From Bacteroidota bacterium (GTDB lineage Bacteria; Bacteroidota; Bacteroidia; Chitinophagales; Saprospiraceae): 57,872 nt of DNA. The DNA lies in NCBI GenBank assembly GCA_039201015.1, contig JBCCRX010000001.1, positions 1 through 57,872 of the forward strand, written 5' to 3'. This document shows positions 47,209 to 56,383 of this stretch, one piece after another; within the stretch, counting starts at the first letter, position 1, and each line of letters opens with the position of its first letter. The notes under the pieces were generated by a model, which saw only the letters and a list, made by a program, of their open reading frames with translations, was not told the DNA's origin and did no database searches. The translations under genes were made by a program, and so were the position numbers.

Positions 47209-48177
47209 TCATTTATTTTCCAGCATTTTCCAACCGAGTGCTGCTGCACCTAAAACCGCCCCCTCTCGATTTACTAATTCCGATAATAGCAAATCGACGC
47301 GCCCTTTATAGACATGCAGTAAGTTCTTTTTCATATACTTCCGAGTTGGCTCTAGGAGTAGTGCACCTGCTTTGGCTAAGCCACCTGTCAGAAAAATCGC
47401 TTCTGGATTGAAGTAAGCTACTACATCCGCTAGTGCTTGCCCTAGCATCCGACCTGTCATTTCAAAAGCTGCCAGTGCAAGTTCGTCGCCATTCAAGGCA
47501 GCTTCATTGATGTCGTGTCCTGTCAGTTCTTCAAAGCTTTTACCAGATAGGGTACTTACTTTATCGCTATTTGCTAAGATTTCTGCCATATTTGCTCGAA
47601 TACCCGTGACGGATACGTATTTTTCTAAACAACCACGCAAGCCGCATTTACAAGGTCGCCCGTCGATGACCGCCACGGTATGTCCAATTTCTCCCGCCAT
47701 ACCGTCTTGCCCCAAATGCAGTTGTCCGTTCACTATAAAACCGCTTCCTAGACCTGTTCCTAAAGTGATGACCACCAAATGTTTTAGTCCTTTGCCGCCA
47801 CCAAACTGCATCTCTCCCAGTGCCGCCACATTTGCATCATTGTTGACAAAGACGGGTACTTTAAAAACTTCCTCTATACTTTTTGCCAGTGGCACTTCTT
47901 CTCCCCAATCGAAATTGGGTGGATGCTCCATGATACCTGTAAAGCAATTGGTATCAGGCGCACCAACGCCCACTGCAATGACTGAAACCTCCTCAACAAG
48001 CTCCGCTTTTATCTGCTGATAAACGCCCGCTAAATCCTCTATAAAACTAGTGAATGGTTCGTGTGCATGAGAAGGAAAACGCTTGATAACCAGCATTTTA
48101 CCTTCACGATCTACTATGCCAATTTTTGTGAAAGTTCCTCCGATATCAATACCAACTACTGCATTCTGTTTTTGCAT
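47209..48177 (-). CDS. ROK-family sugar kinase (glucokinase-like)
   Basis: 322 aa; VGIDIGGTFTKIG ATP motif and the ROK zinc motif CKCGLRGCLEKY. Confidence 0.88.
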   Translation of the reverse strand: MQKQNAVVGIDIGGTFTKIGIVDREGKMLVIKRFPSHAHEPFTSFIEDLAGVYQQIKAELVEEVSVIAVGVGAPDTNCFTGIMEHPPNFDWGEEVPLAKSIEEVFKVPVFVNNDANVAALGEMQFGGGKGLKHLVVITLGTGLGSGFIVNGQLHLGQDGMAGEIGHTVAVIDGRPCKCGLRGCLEKYVSVTGIRANMAEILANSDKVSTLSGKSFEELTGHDINEAALNGDELALAAFEMTGRMLGQALADVVAYFNPEAIFLTGGLAKAGALLLEPTRKYMKKNLLHVYKGRVDLLLSELVNREGAVLGAAALGWKMLENK

Positions 48178-48492
48178 GATATTTGTCCTTTTTCTTTAGT
48201 TCAAGGCTTAGACAAATTGGGTACACCTCAAATTATTACTTTGGTGGTGCAGATTTGCTAAATTTTTAGAATATAGTAAATCTTATGATTGAGCTGATGC
48301 GCCCAACAGATGCAATATTAAGAATGCGAAACAAAAGATAGGTATAAGTGCGAGCAAAATTTACTAATACTTAGTACATTCATAGATACTTTTCATTACA
48401 ATATGTGTGTACTCACGCTTCGCTAAAAAATTTCAATTAGGAACGAGGGATGAATAAACTGAGGTTCTTTGTGCGTCGTTCCTTATCCCTTT

Positions 48493-48543
48493 GGACAGAG
48501 AGAAAAAATAAAAATTGAAAATTTTTATTTTTTCTCTCTGTCC
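48493..48543. repeat. Perfect 24-bp-stem palindrome, 22 nt downstream of the ptrB stop (candidate terminator)
   Basis: GGACAGAGAGAAAAAATAAAAATT-gaa-AATTTTTATTTTTTCTCTCTGTCC, exact complementarity checked by hand. Confidence 0.85.
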
Positions 48544-48565
48544 GAGAGGCCTCTTTTTGAAAAAA

Positions 48566-50692
48566 CTACTGAATCCTTCCTGCCAAATCCAAGAAAAACG
48601 CATACTGCAAAGCTGTTTCCTTAAACCGACGATAACGACCCGATTGTCCGCCATGTCCTGCATCCATGTTGATGTGGAAAAGGATTGGGTTCTCACCCGT
48701 TTTGTACTCACGTAGCTTAGCGACCCATTTGGCAGGTTCCCAATATTGGACTTGACTATCGTGTAAACCAGTGGTGACCAAAGTGGCAGGATAATCTTGC
48801 TTCGATACATTATCATAAGGCGAATAGGAAAGCATATAGTCGTAATATTCTTTTTGATTAGGATTGCCCCATTCATCATATTCAAAAGTGGTAAGCGGGA
48901 TACTTTCATCCAACATCGTTGTGACTACATCTACGAAAGGCACAGCGGCAACAACGCCTTTCCAGAGGTCAGGCCGCATATTCATAATCGCACCCATAAG
49001 CAGACCACCCGCACTGCCGCCCATCGCAAATAGTTGATCTGGATTGGTGTAATTTTGATTGACTAGATACTGTCCGCAATCAATGAAATCATTGAAAGTA
49101 TTGACTTTGTTGAGCAGCTTTCCGTCTTCGTACCATTGTCTGCCCATTTCCTCGCCGCCTCGAATATGCGCAATTGCAAAAGCGAAACCACGATCCAGTA
49201 AACTCAAGCGAACCGAGCTAAAATAGGGCTCCATACTATTGCCATAAGAGCCATAAGCATACAGTAAAATTGGTTGCTGACCATCTTTTTTGAAGCCTTT
49301 TCGATAGACCATCGAAAGGGGAATTTTCGCACCATCGCGTGCTGCTACGTAGAGGCGTTCAGATTGATAATTAGCGGCATCAAAATCGCCAATGACTTCT
49401 TGTTGCTTCAATAAATCACGCGTCTTTTCTTTCATATTGTAATCGAAAACGGAAGCAGGTGTAGTCATGGATGTGTAGCTGAAACGCAAGGTCTCCGTAT
49501 TAAATTCAAGATTCTGAGTTGCGCCTGCGACGTAGGCTTCTTCTTCAAATTCGATGTAATGTTCTTCGCCTTCCCACGGACGCACGCGCAATTGAATGAT
49601 GCCGTTTTTGCGCTCACTTAGTACTAAATAATCTTTGAAAATCTCCATACCTTCTAGCAATACATCGGAGCGATGTGGAATGATTTCTTTCCAATTATCT
49701 TTAGTTGTCGCCGTCTCGGGTGCAGACATTAAGCGAAAGTTTTTGGCGTCCAAATTGGTTCGGATGTAAAATTGATCGCCGTAATGCGCAATGCTATATT
49801 CTAGGTTTCGCTCGCGTGGCTGAATCACCCGAAATTCGTTTGTCGGTTGGTCGGCTTCTAGTACTCGAAACTCCTGCGAAATGGTTTGATAAGAAGCTAT
49901 GATAATGTATTTCTCTGATTTACTTTTGTAAGCATAGCATAAAAAAGTATTGTCTTCTTCGTGCCAAACTTCCACATCTTCCTCGACAGGTGTTCCTAGA
50001 ACGTGGCGGAAAACCTTATACGATCGCAGTGTTTCGGGTTCTTTGGTCACATAGAAAACGGTCTTGTTGTCGTTTGCCCAAACCGCACTTCCCGTCGTAT
50101 TTTCGATGACATCCTCTAGCATTTCACCTGTCTGCAAATCCTTGAAGCGCAAAGTATAAATGCGTCGGCTCAAGGTATCTTCTCCGTAAGCTAGTATTTG
50201 ATTATTGGGACTTACGGTTCTGCCGCTGACGCTGTAAAAATCATAGTCTTTCGCCAATTCATTTACGTTGAGCAAAATCTCTTCTTCTGCTTCTAAATTG
50301 CCCTTTTTCCGGCTATGAATGGGATATTCCATGCCTTTTTCAAAGCGTGTAATGTAGTAATAGCCATTGTATTTGTAAGGCACAGACTGATCGTCTTCTT
50401 TGATACGCCCTTTGATTTCCTGAAACAGTTCTTCTTGAAAATCTTCTAAATGCGCCGTCATGGCATTGGTGTAAGCATTCTCTACATTTAGATGCTCAAT
50501 GACTGCTGGATTTTCTTTGCCCCGCATCCAGTAGTAGTCATCAATACGGGTGTCTCCATGTGCAATCAATTCTTTTGCCACTTTTTTCGCAATTGGTGGC
50601 TGTACGATTACTTCTTGATCCATTTGTTCCGTTTTATTATTACAAGCTGCTGCTATTAAAATCAGTATCAATAGAGTGATGTATTGTTTCAT
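48566..50692 (-). CDS. ptrB: Oligopeptidase B / prolyl-oligopeptidase family S9A serine protease
   Basis: 708 aa; signal/lipoprotein-like N-terminus, HGDTRIDDYYWMR, catalytic GGSAGGLLMG, C-terminal DAGHGG. Confidence 0.88.
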   Translation of the reverse strand: MKQYITLLILILIAAACNNKTEQMDQEVIVQPPIAKKVAKELIAHGDTRIDDYYWMRGKENPAVIEHLNVENAYTNAMTAHLEDFQEELFQEIKGRIKEDDQSVPYKYNGYYYITRFEKGMEYPIHSRKKGNLEAEEEILLNVNELAKDYDFYSVSGRTVSPNNQILAYGEDTLSRRIYTLRFKDLQTGEMLEDVIENTTGSAVWANDNKTVFYVTKEPETLRSYKVFRHVLGTPVEEDVEVWHEEDNTFLCYAYKSKSEKYIIIASYQTISQEFRVLEADQPTNEFRVIQPRERNLEYSIAHYGDQFYIRTNLDAKNFRLMSAPETATTKDNWKEIIPHRSDVLLEGMEIFKDYLVLSERKNGIIQLRVRPWEGEEHYIEFEEEAYVAGATQNLEFNTETLRFSYTSMTTPASVFDYNMKEKTRDLLKQQEVIGDFDAANYQSERLYVAARDGAKIPLSMVYRKGFKKDGQQPILLYAYGSYGNSMEPYFSSVRLSLLDRGFAFAIAHIRGGEEMGRQWYEDGKLLNKVNTFNDFIDCGQYLVNQNYTNPDQLFAMGGSAGGLLMGAIMNMRPDLWKGVVAAVPFVDVVTTMLDESIPLTTFEYDEWGNPNQKEYYDYMLSYSPYDNVSKQDYPATLVTTGLHDSQVQYWEPAKWVAKLREYKTGENPILFHINMDAGHGGQSGRYRRFKETALQYAFFLDLAGRIQ

Positions 50693-50968
50693 AGTGTTGA
50701 ATTTTTTAACCAGTTAGAGAATTGCTGGTATAGAATCAATGCTATACTTTACTACTAGGCGTCTCCACAATTGCAGATGTACTTTTTACTATTTGTGTAT
50801 AGAAATTGCTGAAAAAGTGTATGGACGTGAAATTCATTTTATAGCTATTCGTGCATTCGTGGCAAAAAAACTTTTCAACAAATCTCTGAACCTGCATCCG
50901 CCAAAGATAAACCACTTAGATTGAAAAAATGTTGTTTCTTCATATTTCCATATTCATATCTACAATAA

Positions 50969-51511
50969 TTGAAAAAACGCAGTCTAAAAGAGCTTAATCG
51001 AATTGGTATTCCCGAATTTAAAGCACAGAAAAAAGCACCAATTGTTTTGGTCCTAGACAATATTCGTTCGGCGCATAATGTAGGTGCTGCTTTTCGTACC
51101 GCAGATGCTTTTGCGATTGAAAAAATCGTACTTTGCGGCATTACAGCACAGCCGCCGCATCGAGAAATTCTAAAGACAGCAATAGGTGCGAGTCAATCGG
51201 TCGAGTGGGAATACAAGAAAGAAAATGTGGCTGCTTTAAAGCAATTGAAAGCCGAAGAGTATAAGATTATTGGTGTAGAGCAAACAGATGAAAGCACTTC
51301 GCTTGAACAAGTTGAAGTTTCAAAAATGAAAAAATACGCCTTGGTTTTCGGTAATGAAGTGCAGGGGATAGACGATCAGTTGCTTCCACTCTTAGATGAA
51401 GGCCTTGAAATTCCTCAATTTGGAACGAAGCATTCTCTGAACGTCTCGGTGAGTATGGGGATTGTACTTTGGACTTATTTCAGGGCTTGGAAATATGGAA
51501 GGATTAATTGA
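50969..51511 (+). CDS. TrmH/SpoU-family RNA 2'-O-methyltransferase
   Basis: 180 aa; VLDNIRSAHNVGAAFRTADAF and LVFGNEVQGI..IPQFGTKHSLNVSV motifs. Apparent TTG start, with no upstream ATG in frame. Confidence 0.85.
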   Translation: MKKRSLKELNRIGIPEFKAQKKAPIVLVLDNIRSAHNVGAAFRTADAFAIEKIVLCGITAQPPHREILKTAIGASQSVEWEYKKENVAALKQLKAEEYKIIGVEQTDESTSLEQVEVSKMKKYALVFGNEVQGIDDQLLPLLDEGLEIPQFGTKHSLNVSVSMGIVLWTYFRAWKYGRIN

Positions 51512-51572
51512 AAATTAAAAATGGAAAATTGCTGCTAGCAATTCAAAGATTCAACAGTTCAACAACAAAAAA

Positions 51573-52241
51573 ATGGCTTATTTCAGCGAGGATTTTAACC
51601 AATTTTTTAGCGACTTACGAAAAAACAATGATCGGGAGTGGTTTAACGCCCATAAAAAACGCTACGAAAAAGTAGTAAAAGAACCTTTCAAGGCTTTTAT
51701 TGCTGCTTTGATCGAACAAGCACGGGTGATTGATCCCAATATTTTGATTACACCCAAAGATGCTATTTTTAGAATCTATCGAGATACGCGATTCAGCAAA
51801 GACAAAACGCCCTACAAATTGCATGCTTCGGCGGTAGTTTCTTCGGGTGGAAGAAAGGATACTACCACGCCTGGCATCTATATCCAAATATCGGATGAAG
51901 CTTATGGTCTGTACAGTGGTATATACCAAGCAAACAGCAAGCAACTGTACCGTATCCGAGAGCACATTGCAGCGAATTTGAATGAATTTGAGCAATTGCT
52001 TCGAGACCCTGATTTTGTAGAGAAATTTGGCGGAGAAATTCACGGCGATAAGAACAAGCGCATTCCAAAAGAATTTATGCCAGTTGCGGAACAGCAGCCT
52101 TTGATGTACAACAAAGCTTTTTATTTCTTCAATGAATTGCCGCCAACAACTATCCTGAAGGAAAACTTAGATGAAATTACGATCCAGCATTTTCAGGCGG
52201 CGCGACCGCTATCTGTGTTTTTTCAGGAAGCCCTCGCATAA
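51573..52241 (+). CDS. DUF2461 (TIGR02453) family protein
   Basis: 222 aa; FFSDLRKNNDREWFNAHKKRYE..RIYRDTRFSKDKTPYK. Confidence 0.75.
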   Translation: MAYFSEDFNQFFSDLRKNNDREWFNAHKKRYEKVVKEPFKAFIAALIEQARVIDPNILITPKDAIFRIYRDTRFSKDKTPYKLHASAVVSSGGRKDTTTPGIYIQISDEAYGLYSGIYQANSKQLYRIREHIAANLNEFEQLLRDPDFVEKFGGEIHGDKNKRIPKEFMPVAEQQPLMYNKAFYFFNELPPTTILKENLDEITIQHFQAARPLSVFFQEALA

Positions 52242-52272
52242 ACAAACATTCCTCCCAAGCAAAATAGAAAGC

Positions 52273-53076
52273 ATGACTAAAGCACAGCTCTACCAAAGTA
52301 TCTTACAAAAAAAATCTTATCTATGTATTGGTCTCGACCCTGATTTATCTCGCTTTCCTAAGCATTTGCTGAACAAGAAAGATCCCATTTTCGAATTCAA
52401 TAAGTCTATTATTGATGCGACGCTGGATTTATGTGTAGCGTATAAACCCAATCTCGCCTTTTACGAAGCACAAGGACTAGAAGGCTGGAGAAGTCTTCAA
52501 AAAACCATGGAGTACATTCCCAAAACACACTTCACAATCGCAGATGCCAAACGCGGCGACATCGGGAACACGTCCAGAAAATATGCACAAGCTTTCTTTG
52601 AAAAACTCAATTTTGATGCAATTACCGTCGCGCCTTATATGGGCATTGATAGTGTACAGCCCTTTTTAGAATTTAAAGATAAATGGGTCATTGTATTGGC
52701 TCTGACTTCCAATAAAGGCAGTCAAGATTTTCAATTTATGGAAGAGAATGGCGAACTTTTGTATGAGAAAGTAATCAACACTGCTAGTCAGTGGGGCAGT
52801 TCAGAAAATACTATGTTTGTGGTGGGCGCGACGCATCCAAAGCAGTTTTCGGCGATCCGCCAAATGCTACCCGATCATTTCTTGCTCGTACCAGGTGTCG
52901 GAGCACAAGGCGGCGACTTAGCACAAATTTCTGAATATGGCTGGAACAAAGAATGCGGCTTACTGGTCAATTCTTCCAGAGGAATTATTTATGCGGGCGA
53001 TGGTATGGATTTCGCTCTGAAAGCACGAGCCGCAGCGAAAAAATTGCTAGATGAAATGGCGAGCTATTTACAGTAG
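52273..53076 (+). CDS. pyrF: Orotidine 5'-phosphate decarboxylase (type 2)
   Basis: ATG at 52273 (MTKAQLYQSILQKKSYLCIGLDPD..DAKRGDIGNT). The ORF-track start at 52171 overlaps the upstream gene and adds non-conserved residues. Confidence 0.9.
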   Translation: MTKAQLYQSILQKKSYLCIGLDPDLSRFPKHLLNKKDPIFEFNKSIIDATLDLCVAYKPNLAFYEAQGLEGWRSLQKTMEYIPKTHFTIADAKRGDIGNTSRKYAQAFFEKLNFDAITVAPYMGIDSVQPFLEFKDKWVIVLALTSNKGSQDFQFMEENGELLYEKVINTASQWGSSENTMFVVGATHPKQFSAIRQMLPDHFLLVPGVGAQGGDLAQISEYGWNKECGLLVNSSRGIIYAGDGMDFALKARAAAKKLLDEMASYLQ

Positions 53077-53192
53077 CGAGGCAAGTTAAATGATTGGGCA
53101 GTCCCCTCCATTTAAACCACTAAGGGAAGTGAGGATTAATTATAGATTTATTGCCAAAATAAATACATGATACTACTTAAGTACTTCTACCT

Positions 53193-53229
53193 ATTTGTTT
53201 AAGTTGTTTATTTGTTTAAATTGTTTATA
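53193..53229 (+). repeat. Tandem (A)TTGTTTA(W) octamer block
   Basis: ATTTGTTTAAGTTGTTTATTTGTTTAAATTGTTTATA. Related blocks at 7781-7811, 15401-15436, 26605-26620 and 36961-36998. Confidence 0.6.
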
Positions 53230-53276
53230 ATGAACACTTTGCACAGGTTTATTGCCTAAATAATTAGGTAAATCTA

Positions 53277-53420
53277 CTTAAGTGGTCACGAAGATTTAGT
53301 TTTAAGATATGTCATATTTTGGTTTTTGAGAACAACCTCATAATTGTTTAATAACCAGCTTCTTATCAAAGTCAAATATGACATATCTAGCATTCGATTA
53401 ATTATGTCCAGGTACTTAAG
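53277..53420. mobile_element. Family-C palindromic element, copy C2
   Basis: 136/144 identical to 15050-15193. Bounded by CTTAAG on both sides. Confidence 0.8.
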
Positions 53421-53561
53421 TAGTCATGCAAAATTGATAGAGTAAGATATGTCATATTTTCATGTCTGAAAACCCCTGCTAGTCGTTGACATTCAGATGT
53501 TTAGTAAAAGTAAATATGACATATCTAGTTTCTTAAAACAACGATTAAATTTGCACGACTA
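53421..53561. mobile_element. Family-C-related element, copy C3, abutting C2
   Basis: TIRs TAGTCATGCAAAATT / AAATTTGCACGACTA. Same inner stem TAAGATATGTCATATTTT / AAATATGACATATCTA. The terminal TAGTC(A/G)TG resembles the family-A terminus TAG(G/T)CGTG. Confidence 0.7.
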
Positions 53562-53623
53562 CTTAGAGAAAGTAAGGAATACGATTCTTCTTATTCATTA
53601 ACTCAAGTAAACTCAAAATAAAT

Positions 53624-53803
53624 ATGGATTATACCGCATCTACTATCGGCTTATTGATCGCTTTGGGCGTCTCTTTTTGGGTATTAATGGACGCAAAATC
53701 TAGAGGTATGAACGCCACACTTTGGGCAATCGGTGTTCTTCTTTTGATGATCGTCTTTCTGCCGCTTTATTTTATTTTCCGTAAGCCGAAAATAGAGGAG
53801 TAG
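53624..53803 (+). CDS. Small membrane protein (59 aa), PLD-N-terminal-domain-like
   Basis: Hand-translated ORF below the track cut-off: MDYTASTIGLLIALGVSFWVLMDAKSRGMNATLWAIGVLLLMIVFLPLYFIFRKPKIEE. Two TM helices flank a DAxxRG motif. Confidence 0.55.
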   Translation: MDYTASTIGLLIALGVSFWVLMDAKSRGMNATLWAIGVLLLMIVFLPLYFIFRKPKIEE

Positions 53804-53892
53804 AGCGAAGACGTATTCAATTTTTCAAGTTTTTAGCCAAGTATAAATCACTGCATACGGATGCTCAAAGTATTTTTTGTACACTATTTGGA

Positions 53893-54360
53893 CTAAGAAC
53901 TAAGAGTATCACTTTCTTGCTCTACCAAAGCAGTACAAGCTGCCTCTAGCATTTGATAGACCTTTTCAAAACCATTATCGTTCCAATAAGGATCGGGCAC
54001 ACTTTCATTTTTTTGTGGCTCAAGATAGTTCAAGATCATTTTGACCTTATCTTTGTATTCAGATGCCAAATCTAGCTGAAGAATGTTGCGATAGTTGGTG
54101 CTATCCATGGCTAGAATCAGGTCATAGTCCTTGAAATCCTTTGCTGTAAATTGTCGAGCACGTTGGTCTGTAATATCAATTCCATGCTGTCGGGCTGTGC
54201 GAATGGAACGGTTGTCGGGTAGCTCGCCAACATGCCAAGCACCCGTGCCAGCTGAACCCACTTCCCAATCCAATTGATTTTCTTCCACTTTCTTTTTTAG
54301 AATACCTTCTGCCAGTGGAGAACGACAGATATTACCCAGACAGACCATTAGTATTTTCAA
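53893..54360 (-). CDS. Low-molecular-weight protein-tyrosine phosphatase
   Basis: 155 aa; P-loop MVCLGNICRSPLAEG and a DPY motif. TTG start at 54360 (alternative ATG at 54348). Confidence 0.9.
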   Translation of the reverse strand: MKILMVCLGNICRSPLAEGILKKKVEENQLDWEVGSAGTGAWHVGELPDNRSIRTARQHGIDITDQRARQFTAKDFKDYDLILAMDSTNYRNILQLDLASEYKDKVKMILNYLEPQKNESVPDPYWNDNGFEKVYQMLEAACTALVEQESDTLSS

Positions 54361-54420
54361 AATAAAGCGTTTTTTATTGCCGACAGATGTAATAACAGTT
54401 CGTGTAAGATATGTAAGTAA

Positions 54421-54570
54421 CTCATGTTACGCAAAACACCAAATTGCAAACGACACAAAGTGCCACTTGTTTACAAATCGTCGGGTGTCGAAGCCACTCT
54501 AATTCAAAACATGGTAGCTTTGACAAGCTAATAGATTTCTCGTACCAAAACATACGAGTGCGTAACATCA
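54421..54570. mobile_element. MITE-like element, family B, copy B2 (150 bp)
   Basis: TIRs CTCATGTTACGCAAAACAC / GTGCGTAACATCA. Perfect 8-bp direct repeat GTAAGTAA at 54413-54420 and 54571-54578. Confidence 0.8.
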
Positions 54571-54660
54571 GTAAGTAATTGATAGTCAAAAGTTACAAGA
54601 CAAATAACGAAAATATAACTATTTGAATATCAGAATTTTGTGTCGTATTTGTTCTTTGTA

Positions 54661-54828
54661 GCAGCAATTTCTCATGTAAATGAATTTTGATAACGGGCAT
54701 CAGCCTCGCGCCTCACGCCTGAGGCGGACACGGTAAGGCGGACACGGTGAGGCAGACAGGTTTCCAAAATGCCTGTTATCTTTAGCCTGTCATCAGGTAC
54801 TATTTTCAGCTACATGGAGAATTGCTGC
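54661..54828. mobile_element. Palindromic element, family I (copy I1), with a tandem 12-mer core
   Basis: Outer IR GCAGCAATTTCTCATGTA / TACATGGAGAATTGCTGC. Inner IR GATAACGGGCAT / ATGCCTGTTATC. Centre GGCGGACACGGTA-AGGCGGACACGGTG-AGGCAGACAGGTTT. Confidence 0.7.
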
Positions 54829-55084
54829 TTTGTGGCTCAAAAATTACACGGACTAATTGATGATAAACTAAAACGAGTTTGAATCATATTTGGTTTTTCG
54901 AGCGAACCGATGCATCAGGATGAATTTTAACGCTAGTGTAAAACTTTGTAAATAAACCGCCGAACAATACCACAAATACAGATTTTTTGAACAAAAACGA
55001 CCTTTTTAAGCCGTTAATTGTCTAACTTTATGTCATTAAAATTTATCTTAAAAGCTTTAGAATCACTTACTTAATTTATTATAA

Positions 55085-56383
55085 ATGGAACTTATGCACT
55101 ATTTGAAGTACTTTGTTTGCATCAGCCTATTTTTTTCTGCTTGTGAAAGCGCACCAGTAGAAGAGAAAGAACCCGTAACCGAAACGCCTTCTTATGAATA
55201 CGACGAAAGTCTTAGTCTGACCGATGGTTTCAAAGCCGTTGTGGTGGCAGAATCTATTGGAAGAGCGAGACACATAGCCGTCAGAGAAAATGGCGATATA
55301 TACGTCCAACTCTCCAAAGAAAATAATGGTGGCTCAATAGCAGCAATGCGCGATAAAGATGGCGATGGAAAAACGGAAGATATTCAGTATTTTGGTAATG
55401 GTACAGGTACTGGAATTGGCATCAGAGGAGGAAATCTGTATGCGTCCTCTGACGAAGCGGTATTTCGATATGATCTGCCTTCTGATAACTTAGTACCTTC
55501 CGAAGAGAGTCGTATTTTGATTGCGGGAGGATTTCCTAAGCAAACTTCTCACCAATCGAAATCTTTCACTTTCGACAATGAAGGCAACATGTACGTCAAT
55601 GTGGGTGCACCTTCCAATGCTTGTATGCAAGAATCTAGAACGAAAGGTTCACCAGGACTTGATCCTTGTCCGCAAAGAGAACGCCAAGCAGGTATCTGGA
55701 AATTCAATGCGGACAAAGCAGCCCAACAGCAAGATATGGACGCTAGCCGATATGCCAGTGGTATCCGAAATGCAGTAGCTGTTCGCTGGAATCCAATGAC
55801 CAACAACCTTTTCGTAATGCAGCACGGACGCGATCAACTGCATCAATTCTTCCCCGATTTGTACAGCACGGAGGAAAGTGCGGAATTGCCTTCCGAAGAA
55901 TTGCTATCCATTCAAGACGGAGACGATTTTGGCTGGCCCTACTGCTATTTCGATCACATTCAAGACAAAAAAATACTTGCTCCCGAATATGGTGGCAACA
56001 AACAGGAGCAAGCGCGCTGTGCAGAGGTGAAAAAACCAAGTGTTGCTTTTCCTGGACACATGGCACCCAACGATTTGTTGTTCTACACAGGCGATCAATT
56101 TCCTGAACGCTACAAAAATGGCGCATTCATCGCTTTTCATGGCTCTTGGAATCGTTCACCACAGGAGCAAGAAGGCTATTATGTGGCTTTTGTTCCGATG
56201 AAGGATGGCGTACCAAATGGCGAATGGGAAATTTTTGCAGATGATTTCGCAGGTGTACAAAGCGTGGAAAGTCCTCGCGATGCACTACATCGTCCAACGG
56301 GTCTAGCGCAAGGGCCAGATGGTTCGCTCTATGTTTCAGATTCGGTGAAAGGAAAAATTTGGCGCATCATGTATGAAGGATGA
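55085..56383 (+). CDS. PQQ-dependent sugar (sorbosone/glucose) dehydrogenase-like beta-propeller, lipoprotein
   Basis: 432 aa; lipobox LFFSAC; HQSKSFTFDNEGNMYV, GIRNAVAV, HGRD, FGWPYCY, RPTGLAQGPDGSLYVSD. Confidence 0.75.
   Translation: MELMHYLKYFVCISLFFSACESAPVEEKEPVTETPSYEYDESLSLTDGFKAVVVAESIGRARHIAVRENGDIYVQLSKENNGGSIAAMRDKDGDGKTEDIQYFGNGTGTGIGIRGGNLYASSDEAVFRYDLPSDNLVPSEESRILIAGGFPKQTSHQSKSFTFDNEGNMYVNVGAPSNACMQESRTKGSPGLDPCPQRERQAGIWKFNADKAAQQQDMDASRYASGIRNAVAVRWNPMTNNLFVMQHGRDQLHQFFPDLYSTEESAELPSEELLSIQDGDDFGWPYCYFDHIQDKKILAPEYGGNKQEQARCAEVKKPSVAFPGHMAPNDLLFYTGDQFPERYKNGAFIAFHGSWNRSPQEQEGYYVAFVPMKDGVPNGEWEIFADDFAGVQSVESPRDALHRPTGLAQGPDGSLYVSDSVKGKIWRIMYEG

Noticed and set aside
53277-53561. 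Adjacent repeat units C2/C3 (and the many dispersed hairpins) as a possible CRISPR array
   Set aside because: There are only two abutting, non-identical ~140-bp units with no unique spacers between them. The other repeats are dispersed singly. No cas gene is present.
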